64,000 bases of DNA from an uncultured Methanosarcinaceae archaeon (GCA_963847185.1 CAWJYV010000003.1:13834-77833), one strand, 5' to 3'. Positions 21,938-32,509 are shown, counted from the first letter of the stretch. The notes: generated by a model from the sequence alone, not told the origin. A program made the numbers and translations.

Positions 21938-22338
21938 CTACTTTTTTGTCTCGGTAATATCGCGCATGATACCTTCGCTAAAGAGTGGCCTGCCATTTTG
22001 ATCCTTGATGATCGTAAAATGATCGGCGAACAATCGGTATTTGCCATCCTTGTGTTTGAACCGATACTCTAGAGTTCCGAAGCCAATCTTGCATGCGTGG
22101 GCTAATTCATCAGTAACTAGGTGACGGTCATCGGATGAACGAGATTAAAGGACTCACTCATGCTGCCCATCTCGGTCATCTCCTGGACAGAGAAACCAGT
22201 AATCTTTTCTACAACTGGGTTCATAAAATCGACACTGTCGATCTGAAGGTTCCGCCGATAAGCTACATCGAGTGAGTTTTCCACTGCCCGCTTATCTACA
22301 ATAATATGAGTGCCAGAATTCCTTGACTTTTCATTCAT
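21938..22338 (-). pseudogene. Single PAS-domain protein with a 1-nt frameshift near 22134
   Basis: MNPVVEKITGFS..LVHP continues in the other frame as DDR..EYRFKHKDGKYR..GIMRDITE. Confidence 0.8.
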
Positions 22339-22959
22339 TAAGTATCACCAATATAAAAATGACTTTGAAATGCTGTATTTGATTGCGTGTTAGTAACTTC
22401 ATAAATAAATTAATTTCTATACTATATTAACTCTTTTCAACTCCCTTTTTCCAATTTGAAAAAAAATTGCACTGATTGGTGGTACCTACTTCAAGATAGA
22501 TTCTTCTCGATAGTTTGACCAGCTCTTTGATTTTAAGTCCATTATACGTGCTCTATTTTTTATACTCATTAGTTGAAGGACTTTCAATAATTTATGACAG
22601 AATACATCCAATAATCCTCTTCGTGGCTGGAGCGTTAACACTTTATGACATTCTTTCAGTCCACCAAATAATGATCTCAGCAGATTGAAATATATCGATT
22701 TTTTTCATATTGGCTTGTATTGACGAAATCGTGTAAAAAAGTTTGAAAAATTACTTGGCTATCGATTCGAGATAATTGAATCTATTAGTAGATGTAGGGG
22801 GGTGTAAGCCTGGAATATCCCGATCTCCTTTTCTTGTGTATACTTAGATTTCTGCACTTTATTCTTCTCTTGATCTTTGCCTATGGGAAATTTGTAATAA
22901 GGCTCTGCCTCTCATCTCTTTCTCTTATTCTTGAGACCCAATGCCTACGAGCCATCTTA

Positions 22960-23685
22960 CTATGGAAACAACACCAACTTTAAGCCAAATAAAAATATAA
23001 ATCCAGCCACAAAATTCCTGAATTTTTCCTGAGGTATTCTTTCAACTCCTCTTTTCCCAATCATTACTCCTATTAAAGATGCTGGTATAAAGATCAAAAA
23101 GCCTGATAGAATTGATGGCTCCAGTACAGTATCACCTTTGAGATAGGTCACTATTCTCGTGGAGTCGATTACTAAAGATATGGCACCTGCAGTAGCAACA
23201 TAAACAGCCTTTTCCAGGTTGAAAGCACTTAAAGCAACCGCGTTTATCTCTCCCCCTATGCCGAAAACTCCCGAAAAAAATCCCGTCAAGGCTCCACCGG
23301 ATATTGCTACTGATAACCTTTGACTTAGCTTGAACGCGCGGTTGTAAATGATAAAGATGACATAAGCTATAAGAAAAATCCCTAGTGCTCTTGAGAGAAA
23401 CTCTCGAGAAATTCTCAAGGTTAAGGACGATCCTATAAAACTCGTAACGAGTCCGGGAAGACCGAAGGCAAGGAATAGCTTCCACCTAATACCCTTCCGA
23501 AACAAAAGTAGTTTCCAGACATCGTTAAACCAATGAACTATGCCTACAAACAGCAGGGTCTGAGGTATAGGAAGAATTAGCAGGAGAACAGGCACCATGA
23601 TTGTTGATATTCCAAATCCGGCCAGGGTCCCGATTGCGCTTGCTAGCAGCGTGAGCAATGCTATATAGATTATTTCCCCATACAC
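22960..23685 (-). CDS. Sulfite exporter TauE/SafE (TSUP) family membrane protein
   Basis: Two G.G.GG-type repeats (GTLAGFG; SGVFGIGG); about 8 TM helices. Confidence 0.85.
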   Translation of the reverse strand: MYGEIIYIALLTLLASAIGTLAGFGISTIMVPVLLLILPIPQTLLFVGIVHWFNDVWKLLLFRKGIRWKLFLAFGLPGLVTSFIGSSLTLRISREFLSRALGIFLIAYVIFIIYNRAFKLSQRLSVAISGGALTGFFSGVFGIGGEINAVALSAFNLEKAVYVATAGAISLVIDSTRIVTYLKGDTVLEPSILSGFLIFIPASLIGVMIGKRGVERIPQEKFRNFVAGFIFLFGLKLVLFP

Positions 23686-24348
23686 AAACGTATTTACTAT
23701 TTAATGGCATAAATGTTCACAGTCTACTGATTTTTTAATAATGTTTAAGCTAATTTTGTTTTAATTTGTTAGAACAACAAGCTCATTCCAAAACTCAAAA
23801 TTGCATCTCTGATTTCAGATGAATCAATCAATATAAGTCTCGGTCGTAAACATGGTTACATTGGAAGGAAAATAGATATTATTAGACACAATCTAGCTGA
23901 AAGATTGATTAAGACCGCAAAACTTATTGTCTTAGATTCTATAACAAGTAAATAAGTTCTAACTCTATTGACGAACTGTTGAGAGGTGAACATATGGCTT
24001 GTAAACCAAAGGACGGCAGCGCAAAACCAAAACCAAAGAAATAACTTCATGATATAAAGTAGGGCCTTACGGCCCTAAAACTTCTACTTATTTCTTTTTT
24101 GACTGAAACTTAACTCTCAAACTACTTATTTCCATAATATCCTGAACCTAAGGTTGAAATTACTCAGAATAAAGATTCAAACCTTGTGACGAGGTTGTTA
24201 GAAGGCATTTCGGGCTTATAAAATGCTTTATAGAGAATCCTTTATGAAAACTCTTCTATTTCAATAACTAGATAATTTTATTAATAATAGGCAATTATTG
24301 AGACCGATTATCACTAAAGAGAATAACCACCTCTGAGATGATTAAAAA

Positions 24349-24630
24349 ATGGACTCAATGGAAAAAATCTTTGGAAAAACCGCACAAATGACGGTACTTA
24401 AGAACCTGATCGAAAAACAGAACGAACCAACCTACCTTTCAGGAATAGCTCAAGAAACAGGATTGTCTCACGCCAGTGTATCAAGGGTTATCGCACCTCT
24501 GGTTTCATCAGGCGTTGTTCAAGAAAAAATGTTAGGAAAGCAAGTAAGACTTTTCCAGCTCAATGCGGAAAGCGAAGCAACAAGTGCCATAGTTGAATTT
24601 TATAGTAAAATCAACCAGATGGTAAATTAG
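24349..24630 (+). CDS. Winged-helix HTH transcriptional regulator
   Basis: IFGKTAQMTVL..YLSGIAQETGLSHASVSRV HTH. Confidence 0.85.
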   Translation: MDSMEKIFGKTAQMTVLKNLIEKQNEPTYLSGIAQETGLSHASVSRVIAPLVSSGVVQEKMLGKQVRLFQLNAESEATSAIVEFYSKINQMVN

Positions 24631-24635
24631 GTCTA

Positions 24636-24876
24636 AGAACGTGTCTTAAAATTCGAACAATATCTGCGCAATTGGATAACATGTACCGTAACTTCAATTC
24701 AGCTCGTAAATTTATTACATCGGACTTATTCGCTATCTGTACAAAATCAAATATATCAGGCATTATGGTTGAAATTTACACTTCAGGCATTTAACGGCTT
24801 AATGTATTATTTTTCAGTTAAAATGCGTAATTCCTGTTCCAATTGTAGAATCGAATTTAATTTTAAGACACGCTCT
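24636..24876. mobile_element. MITE-like element, family D (241 bp), IS5-like ends
   Basis: 18-bp TIRs AGARCGTGTCTTAAAATT with one mismatch; no transposase; IS5 assignment from memory of end sequences. Confidence 0.65.
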
Positions 24877-25163
24877 CAACCTGTTCATCTTGCTATGAAC
24901 ATCTTTTGCTTCATATGATTTATTTGATAATAGTATAAATGTGTACCCTCTGGGCATAATAATATCCTTTTCGCCAATCCCTCTACAACAAATCATTAAA
25001 ATCGATAGGAACTAGAATGAAATGCTCAATCCCTGCTCAATACGCAGACATTTCAAGCAAATTACTTCATTTTTAAGCTTATTTCCTCGAGTTCTGAACA
25101 ACTCTTCACTCCTGACCGAGGCTCAAAAAGCTTTTAATATCGTGAGAATATCGATATGATAAT

Positions 25164-25454
25164 ATGATAATGGAGAAAACAGCAAGAGAAATGTACGCGA
25201 AGAACCGCGAAAAAATCATGCAAAAGGCAAGGGGTTCCAATAGCGGATTTTTTGGGGTGGGATTCTATAATAACTTCAACGTTTTACTTTCGGAAAAGAG
25301 TACCAAGCCTGGAATTCAATGGGATAATAATCCTGAGTTTCACTTCCAGGTACCCTGTAAGAGGATGCTAAATTATCGTTATCTTGATGAGCTATTTACC
25401 GAAGCATTGGATAATTATCTTCTTACCGGTAAAAAATTTTTCATGAAAGATTAA
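25164..25454 (+). CDS. Hypothetical protein, 96 aa
   Basis: Open frame with protein-like composition. Confidence 0.6.
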   Translation: MIMEKTAREMYAKNREKIMQKARGSNSGFFGVGFYNNFNVLLSEKSTKPGIQWDNNPEFHFQVPCKRMLNYRYLDELFTEALDNYLLTGKKFFMKD

Positions 25455-26263
25455 TGATAAACTAAATTGTCATTTTAAAGGCTAATTTCTACTTTGCCTA
25501 TTTCTTTTTCCGTCGCGTGATGGAGCGAACCAATACATAAGGATTATTAGCTAACAGCTTACAAATTTAACCTTAATTTGATTTTTTTAATATGTAAATC
25601 AGGCGACTGTAGCTTTGCCAAACCTCCACTTTGCGACAAGAATCATTACTCCTAAAAAACCTAGAAGGGATAGGAAAGAAACAAGAACTTCTCCATGAGT
25701 GTAAGTAATAGGATTCTATTGACGAAAAGTCGCTTCATATCATAAAATACTGATTCAACTGATTAAATATACGAGTGGATTGAGTGCAGACTTACAGCAA
25801 ATACAATTGATTTCTGTTATAAGAAATAATCTCAAGCGGCACATTCAACTTTAAAACTGTATGATAAAATTGTTGCATATTTTTATGGTTGGTAAATTCT
25901 CCCTTGAATATGAAGAGGATGTTGAAAATGTTATTCCCACCATTCACAAATTTTATGCACAATTTCTAATACCACGCACGGGCATTGAGAAAGCATAATA
26001 TCTCTTTCGGGGTGGTACATTATGCCATGCTGGGCAGTTCTTAGTGGGCATATCCCGATGAACTGATGTACATGCTTAGACCCCCTTTTTTAACCACTCG
26101 GATACGTCACGTTAGTGGCAGAATAAGTACTAGCCATATAGCTGGTATCCCCAATTACATTTGTCAAATACTTTGTCGGGAGTGGGAGAGTTAGCAGAGA
26201 TAATAACCCTGCTGACCTCCGGTAAAAGAACCCGAACCGAAACCACTGGAACAAAGTAAGAGC

Positions 26264-27496
26264 TTATTTGGTACCAGTACCATTCGCCTCTAATTGGTAA
26301 AAATGGTACGCGTATGGTTGCCAGGTATCTTTGATAGTCTCATCAGCAACACTCACGGTTCTGTTCTCCCATAAGACGTCATACGTTCCGTTTGGCACGC
26401 CGGTAATTGTTGCATTATTTGCCGTACCATTTGCTTCAGTAAAATCAAGCATACTTGATGACGCGACTAACTTTCTGCCTTCTGCATCAGTAAATATGTA
26501 GGCTGTAACCGCATCGATTGTTCCACCCGGATCTGAAGTTATACTTCTAGTGCCGCTTGTTACGTTTGTTGTCAGAAGTGTCCGGTTATCGTTCATAATC
26601 CAGGGCCAAACCTGTTCGTATTTCGGCTTAAAGCTGACCCATCCAGTATAGCCAGGAGTATCTTCTGCATATTTATAAGCATACGAGAAAACACCCTGAG
26701 CTCCACCTAAAATTCCCATCACAATCTGACTTTCATGACGATCAGCCACTTTTTGCGCAGTACTCAAGTCTGGATCGTAAGCATTCACTTCAAGAGCCTG
26801 ACCAAATGCTTCTGTTGTTACATATACTGTTTTTCCTGCATTTTTCCAATCAGGGGCATTGGCAATAAGATTACCATATACCCAGGCATGCGGACGTTCA
26901 GGATGGAATTTCGTGTAGGTGGTGAAATAACAAACATCCAGGCCTGGAATAAATGCCTCATCACCACCGCTTGCCATATCACCTAAATAATCACCAGCAA
27001 CGGCATTGGGGAAGTACTTCTTCATAGCTGTGTACATACTTATAAGCGTTGAAGGGCTTCCTTCCTCGTCAGGGAAATACACACCATAGAAACTATTATC
27101 AGTAACTCCCAGATCCTTGACTTCTTTCCAGAAGCCTTCAGACTCCATTTGTGGTCCGCTAGTAGCTACTAAATATTTCGAAATTCCCATCTGTTTGCCT
27201 CGATTAACGTTATCAACAAACTGTTGTGGAGTTATAGAAGTGCTCCACCCAAGGTGAACAAGCGTAGCGTTATCTGTTAAAAATTGAGTATCAGTCTCCC
27301 ATCCCATCATCCCATATGCCGGGGCTGTACCACGCGGATACGGAAATTCATTATTTGTCGATGAGTAGTTATACGAAGCATTTTGTTCGCTAGATGCCAG
27401 TGCAGCAGATGAGCCGATAATTAAAAAGCAAACCAGGAATACTGAAGTCAAAAATGTTAAGTATAAATTATCCTTATTTTTCATCTTATTTTTCAT
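26264..27496 (-). CDS. Secreted protein, probable TIM-barrel glycoside-hydrolase-like domain + C-terminal beta-sandwich
   Basis: Signal peptide; YGVYFPDEE, VYVTTEAFG and GGAQGVFSYAY resemble strands 4, 7 and 8 of clan GH-A barrels; confidence is for the CDS, function is inference. Confidence 0.75.
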   Translation of the reverse strand: MKNKMKNKDNLYLTFLTSVFLVCFLIIGSSAALASSEQNASYNYSSTNNEFPYPRGTAPAYGMMGWETDTQFLTDNATLVHLGWSTSITPQQFVDNVNRGKQMGISKYLVATSGPQMESEGFWKEVKDLGVTDNSFYGVYFPDEEGSPSTLISMYTAMKKYFPNAVAGDYLGDMASGGDEAFIPGLDVCYFTTYTKFHPERPHAWVYGNLIANAPDWKNAGKTVYVTTEAFGQALEVNAYDPDLSTAQKVADRHESQIVMGILGGAQGVFSYAYKYAEDTPGYTGWVSFKPKYEQVWPWIMNDNRTLLTTNVTSGTRSITSDPGGTIDAVTAYIFTDAEGRKLVASSSMLDFTEANGTANNATITGVPNGTYDVLWENRTVSVADETIKDTWQPYAYHFYQLEANGTGTK

Positions 27497-27808
27497 CTAT
27501 TTCCATCCCCATTTCCTCTTCTATTTGGTCGTGTATGTAAGTTATCCAGTGGTTATTATAAATATGAAATGATATTTATAACTGCAGGCGCATGCTTCAT
27601 CGATTAAGCGTCTTTCCAAAAAGTTATCAATGGCATATTGTAAAAGTCGGTCGTTTCTTAATATTCGGTCGATATTATTTCCAAAATGAATTTGGTATTT
27701 CCAGTGTTTTTTTGCTGCGGCTGTAAAATTTACACTGCACAAACAATGCAGTATAGAAACGGATTTTCAAGAGATATTGCCTAGGATACTATACGAAGGG
27801 AGGTATTT

Positions 27809-28840
27809 GTGATAAAACTGTTTTTGCCCGACAGGGTGGTTTTTGAGCCCAGGTCCATGGACTATCCACTTGGACGGAAGATATACAACTATTTTGAGGG
27901 TACATCTACTGAAATCATAAAGGCGCCCATTCAAAAGATATCCTCCATTATTCCGGGGACCACCAACAGACAAAGGTATGCAAGCGGCAAGAAAACCCTT
28001 GTTGTTACAGTTAAAAAAAGCCTGAGATTTGACGTATGCAAACCATCCGCCGATTTTGAGTTTTCACTGGTGACCGGCTGCCCAGCCAGTTGTGAATACT
28101 GTTACCTCTATACTACGCAGAGCAGCAAGCCTTATCTCAGGACCTATGTAAATCTGGAAGAAATATTCGATTCCATCAAAAAACATATCTCCCGAAACGG
28201 CAACCGACTGACTACCTTTGAGGTGGCAAGCGCGGGAGACCCGCTGGCCATCGAACACATCACAGGCAGCCTTGCAAGAACGATCGAGTTTTTTGGAGCA
28301 CTCGATAATGCCAGGTTGCGTGTCGTAACAAAATTTAACAATGTGAACCCCCTGCTAGGTTTGAAGCATAACGGTCGGACACGCTTCCGTGTAAGCATCA
28401 ACTCCAGGTATGTCATAAAGAATTTTGAACATAATACCGCCGACTTCGACGAAAGAATCGAAGCCGCTTCAAAGCTCGCTGCAGCAGGGTATCCTATCGG
28501 TTTTATAGTGGCTCCCATTATGATTTATGACCGCTGGAAGGAGGAATATCTTGAACTGCTTGAAAAGCTCCGGAGAAGGATTGATACTGGTAAATCGACT
28601 GAACCCGTCACCTTCGAGCTCATCCAGCACAGGTTCACTCCCTTTGCGAAGAAGTTCATACTGGAGTGTTTTCCCAATACCAGCCTGGATATGGACGAGA
28701 GCAAACGCGCCCTGAAATGGGGAAAATTCGGCAGGTTCAAGTACGTTTACCCCAGAAAGGATGCGGCAGAAATCAAGGAGTATCTCACCTCGCTGATCAA
28801 GGAGAGATTTCCGCATGCCAAAATCGAATATTTCACATAA
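27809..28840 (+). CDS. splB: Spore photoproduct lyase (radical SAM)
   Basis: GGAGGT RBS + GTG; KPSAD, GCPASCEYCYL, KPYLR.YVN, HNGRTRFR.S.N, TFELIQHRFT and KWGKFGRFKYVY..IEYFT motifs. Confidence 0.93.
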   Translation: MIKLFLPDRVVFEPRSMDYPLGRKIYNYFEGTSTEIIKAPIQKISSIIPGTTNRQRYASGKKTLVVTVKKSLRFDVCKPSADFEFSLVTGCPASCEYCYLYTTQSSKPYLRTYVNLEEIFDSIKKHISRNGNRLTTFEVASAGDPLAIEHITGSLARTIEFFGALDNARLRVVTKFNNVNPLLGLKHNGRTRFRVSINSRYVIKNFEHNTADFDERIEAASKLAAAGYPIGFIVAPIMIYDRWKEEYLELLEKLRRRIDTGKSTEPVTFELIQHRFTPFAKKFILECFPNTSLDMDESKRALKWGKFGRFKYVYPRKDAAEIKEYLTSLIKERFPHAKIEYFT

Positions 28841-28915
28841 TAATTTCAAAATACGTGAATAATGTGGTTGTGTTCCCAAGTTATTGAATTGGAATTCTAA
28901 ACGTTAATAGTTCTC

Positions 28916-29082
28916 GAGCCTATCCCAAAACCCATTTCTGTTTCCACATCCATAGGAATTTCATACTATTTTCCTGATCTGTAGCTCAATTGATTATTTA
29001 AAAATCGAAATTGAAAAAGCAGTTTTTGAGTTTTGGGATCAGCTCATAATTGAGATTAAAACTAGGTTTTGGGATGAGCTCA
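28916..29082. mobile_element. MITE family C copy (28916-29045) plus an extra solo end (29065-29082)
   Basis: GAGCCTATCCCAAAAC..GTTTTGGGATCAGCTC; interior resembles the reverse complement of 41899-42030. Confidence 0.75.
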
Positions 29083-29865
29083 CTTATTACTGGAAACCAC
29101 GCTAATCCACGTAGCTAATCTTACGGGATAGTCAGGTATATTTATTAGCCTAAAATATGCGAGGCTTAGGAAGCCCTAATAAACTCATTTGAAATAACAG
29201 ATATACACCATTGTTTTAGGGTTTAGTTTTTAGGATTTACTTTACTGGCTCAAACTTTTCCTTTTCAATATATATTATATTTACGAGCCGACCGAGGACA
29301 TCCGCACTCTATGTAATAGGACCTGTCTATTTGGCTCGATTTTCGCTGCTGTATATAGTATATAAATAGTTATAAAAATGGGTGACACCATACCCGAACA
29401 CCATTCACTATATATCTCGTATTATATTATATATAATTCATTTTTCTATATGCTTTGACAGCACAACGTACCCGCGCATTAAACAATATGTAGAAGATAT
29501 GGACATAATACTTGTATACTTTCTATAATGTCCCCCCGTCTTACTTCTATATTTAATTTATACCCACAGCTTATTCTTATTTATAATGGTCTTTTTCCTT
29601 ATATTATCAAAATCGCTTGGGGGTACCAACAAACGCAAATATATAACTTCTAACTATGTAGGGGTTATATCATATACCTTCTTAGAAGGCAGTAGAGAAC
29701 TGCGCCTACACTTGGTCGAATTTATTTCCTTACCTTCTTAAGAATCGGAAATAAATTCTACATGTTTGTACTTTCGGATAAAGATATAAATTTTAAAAAT
29801 CCTTTAAAACAAACATTTAAAATTTAACTGTTAATTTTATAGAAATAAAACGGAGTTTTTCATAT

Positions 29866-30579
29866 ATGCATTCATCTTTAAAAATCGGAAGTATAATGGG
29901 TATACCTATAAAACTGGACACATCTTTCCTTCTGGCACTTCCAATATCTGCGTATTTTTCTGCGATCAATTCACAGCCATTTGGTTTTGCGGAAGTTGAG
30001 CCACCTATAATTAGATATTCTCTTTCTGCCCTTTCTGCCATCTTACTTTTTGCCTCAGTGCTTTTACATGAACTTGCTCACTCCTATTTTGCAAAGCGTT
30101 ACGGGGCCAATATTGATAGCATCACCCTCTTTCTCTTTGGAGGTGTAGCTACTATGGAAATCCCAAAGAAACCTGGACAGGAAGCAATGGTGGCTTTTGC
30201 AGGGCCTTTAACGAGCCTCATTATAGGTTCTGTCTGCTTGTTCACATATAGTTACATAATCTCCTCTAGCCCTACGCTTTCTCAAAACTCTGTATCTCTT
30301 ATTATCTGGATACTTGGATCGATGAACTTAGTGCTTGGAGTCTTTAATTTAGTGCCTGCTTTCCCTATGGATGGGGGTAGGGTGCTCCGTTCTATTTTTG
30401 CCAGGAAAATGTCCTATGTAAAGGCTACTCATAGTGCAGCTTCTATTGGCAAGTTTATTGCTATTCTTATGGCAATTTTTGGAATTTATGGCGGTGATAT
30501 CTGGCTTCTTCTTATTGCTCTTTATATTTATGGCGGAGCATCTAATGAGGATAGATCTATTCAAATTAGGGAGCTCTAA
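29866..30579 (+). CDS. M50-family site-2 zinc metalloprotease, truncated before its CBS domains
   Basis: HELAH and NLVPAFPMDGGR motifs; out-of-frame CBS start (NIMTKNVASVSP) at about 30593-30635. Confidence 0.85.
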   Translation: MHSSLKIGSIMGIPIKLDTSFLLALPISAYFSAINSQPFGFAEVEPPIIRYSLSALSAILLFASVLLHELAHSYFAKRYGANIDSITLFLFGGVATMEIPKKPGQEAMVAFAGPLTSLIIGSVCLFTYSYIISSSPTLSQNSVSLIIWILGSMNLVLGVFNLVPAFPMDGGRVLRSIFARKMSYVKATHSAASIGKFIAILMAIFGIYGGDIWLLLIALYIYGGASNEDRSIQIREL

Positions 30580-30854
30580 ACAATATTTTAGGAATATTAT
30601 GACAAAGAATGTAGCCTCTGTTAGTCCTTCCATAAGCTCAGAAGTTCAGATTCTATCAATCACTTAATATCTATTTTCTAATATCCTAAGCTCAAAAGAG
30701 ATCACATACAAATGTTTAGGAATGGGGTTATGATAAGCCTTTTAAGGTTATAGCAATTTATTTTAGGAGGCTCCTATTCCTATGGATTAAAATGAGTTGT
30801 CAATATATAAGCTAATTTAACAATGTGGAGCGACATGCCTGGTACCCTAAATAC

Positions 30855-30951
30855 CTACTTTATCGCAAACGATGCCCTTGAGCTTTTAGATTAGCAGGTA
30901 TGTGCTTTCAGGATAAACGTACCGCTCCAGCCTTTCACATATCCTAGAAGC
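30855..30951. repeat. Dispersed degenerate repeat, copy 3
   Basis: CTTTTAGATTAGC..GGATAAACGTACCGCTCCAGCCTTTCACATATCCTAGAAG aligns with copies 1 and 2. Confidence 0.65.
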
Positions 30952-31379
30952 TTGCATAGCATTTTATTGGCATTAAAAATCTACGTACATGGCTTCGAAA
31001 GCAAGGAGATAAATGCCTTGAAAAGGTCTATACGATGGCTACAGAAGCTCTTAGCGCCATACAAATAGTAAGCTATAAGATCATCGTAGTGTTTATTGCT
31101 ATTGATTTATATTTGACATAAAAGCGGGTTTATATTAGCTAAAAAAACAATTCAACATCAGTAAGTATTTCAATAAATTTATTAATTCAGCAGATCTAAA
31201 ACTATTGAGGTGAACAAATGCCAGCAAGAAAAGTAAAGAATGATAATAAGGAAAAAGAATTAATGGAAAAGCTAGAACCAATCGAAAAGGAAGAAGGTAC
31301 AATAGAGCAAATAGATATGGAAGAGGAACCGACTGAAAGTAAAAAGCGCAGATAAACGGCACGTTCCTGGATCAAGCTC

Positions 31380-31548
31380 TGTATATAGACAGCTTGCTTA
31401 TGCATATTCTCATTTAGCTTTTCTATCTATTCATCCTTTTTGTGCAACTGATCCTTCGACAAGAAAGGCTCTTTTGTTTTGTCATGACTTGCCTAGAGCC
31501 TCTACACTTCATTAAAAACAGCTTCCACCTCTTTATCCTAAAAATAGC
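31380..31548 (-). pseudogene. Dispersed repeat copy 4; remnant of a coiled-coil protein gene
   Basis: Minus frame KDQLHKKDE*IEKLNENMHKQAVYIQSLIQE; copy 2 reads KDQLHIKDEQREKLNGNVHKQVVHI. Confidence 0.65.
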
Positions 31549-31958
31549 GAAGACTTAAGACTCGATTACCCCAGTGTCAGCCTTGGCCCACGGTCACTTT
31601 CACACTCAACCCTCATGTCTAAAAGTCGTTTTTAAAGCCAATCGATAACTTTATCAATTACTTAAGTTAGTAGTTAATTTTAAGCCAAGTTTTTTTCTGT
31701 CAAATAATCAAATCAGGTTAGGGCGTAAGAGAGATATGGATTTACAGAACCTTTGGAGCATTAAAGGTTATTACATATAACATTCTATAGTGAATAACAT
31801 TCTATAGTAAAGGCAGTAACCATTCCTGTCATGTGGAGAATAATACGTTTACGTCAAATAACTGTCCGGTTCTGAAATGACTGGACAGTATCTGAGATTA
31901 GAGTCGAGAATAAGAACAATCTCAGTGATGTTTCTGATATAAAATAAGAGGTAATTTT

Positions 31959-32357
31959 ATGGCTGAGGATGTTGAATCCAGGGAAAATGTAGAAAGCCCA
32001 GCTTCAAAAAAAAGTAAAAAAAGCATCACTATTGAATTCGTGAAACCAGAGAACTTCAGGCAGATATACGCTATAGGAGCCGCAGGCGGGCACAGCCCTT
32101 ATGATTTCAGGATTGGTTTTTACAACGACACACCCAAGATGTTTGGGGATGCCTCCGAGGCGAGAGTTATAGAAAGAAGCGTTGAAACCGAAATCATACT
32201 CTCTCCTGTTGCCGCTCTTGAACTTAACCGCTGGCTTACCCAGCATATAAATGAATACGAATCAGTTTTCGGCCCCATTGCAAGAGCGATCCCGAGAGCG
32301 AAAAAAGAACCTGCAAAGCAGGTTGATGAAAGCACCAATATTCAGGGTTATATCTGA
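31959..32357 (+). CDS. Conserved hypothetical protein (DUF3467-like)
   Basis: IYA.GA.GG.SPYDFRIGF..IILSP.AA.EL..WL...I..YE..FGPI; GAGGT RBS. Confidence 0.8.
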   Translation: MAEDVESRENVESPASKKSKKSITIEFVKPENFRQIYAIGAAGGHSPYDFRIGFYNDTPKMFGDASEARVIERSVETEIILSPVAALELNRWLTQHINEYESVFGPIARAIPRAKKEPAKQVDESTNIQGYI

Positions 32358-32509
32358 ATCGCCAAGACATACAATAAATACTTATAAGGTTCCGGCTGTC
32401 TAAAATGCAGCTTCTAGGCGGAATAATTTAGACTGAAAGAGATTCGGAGAACTCTGGAGATCGATGGTTATATATCTCTGTAAAGGGTATGTAATCTTCA
32501 GTTTTCTTA

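Noticed and set aside
22117-22119. Amber read-through of the PAS ORF
   Set aside because: Homology continues in a different frame, so this is a frameshift rather than recoding.
25800-26050. Coding-looking fragments downstream of the secreted protein
   Set aside because: Multiple stops and no family I can recognise.
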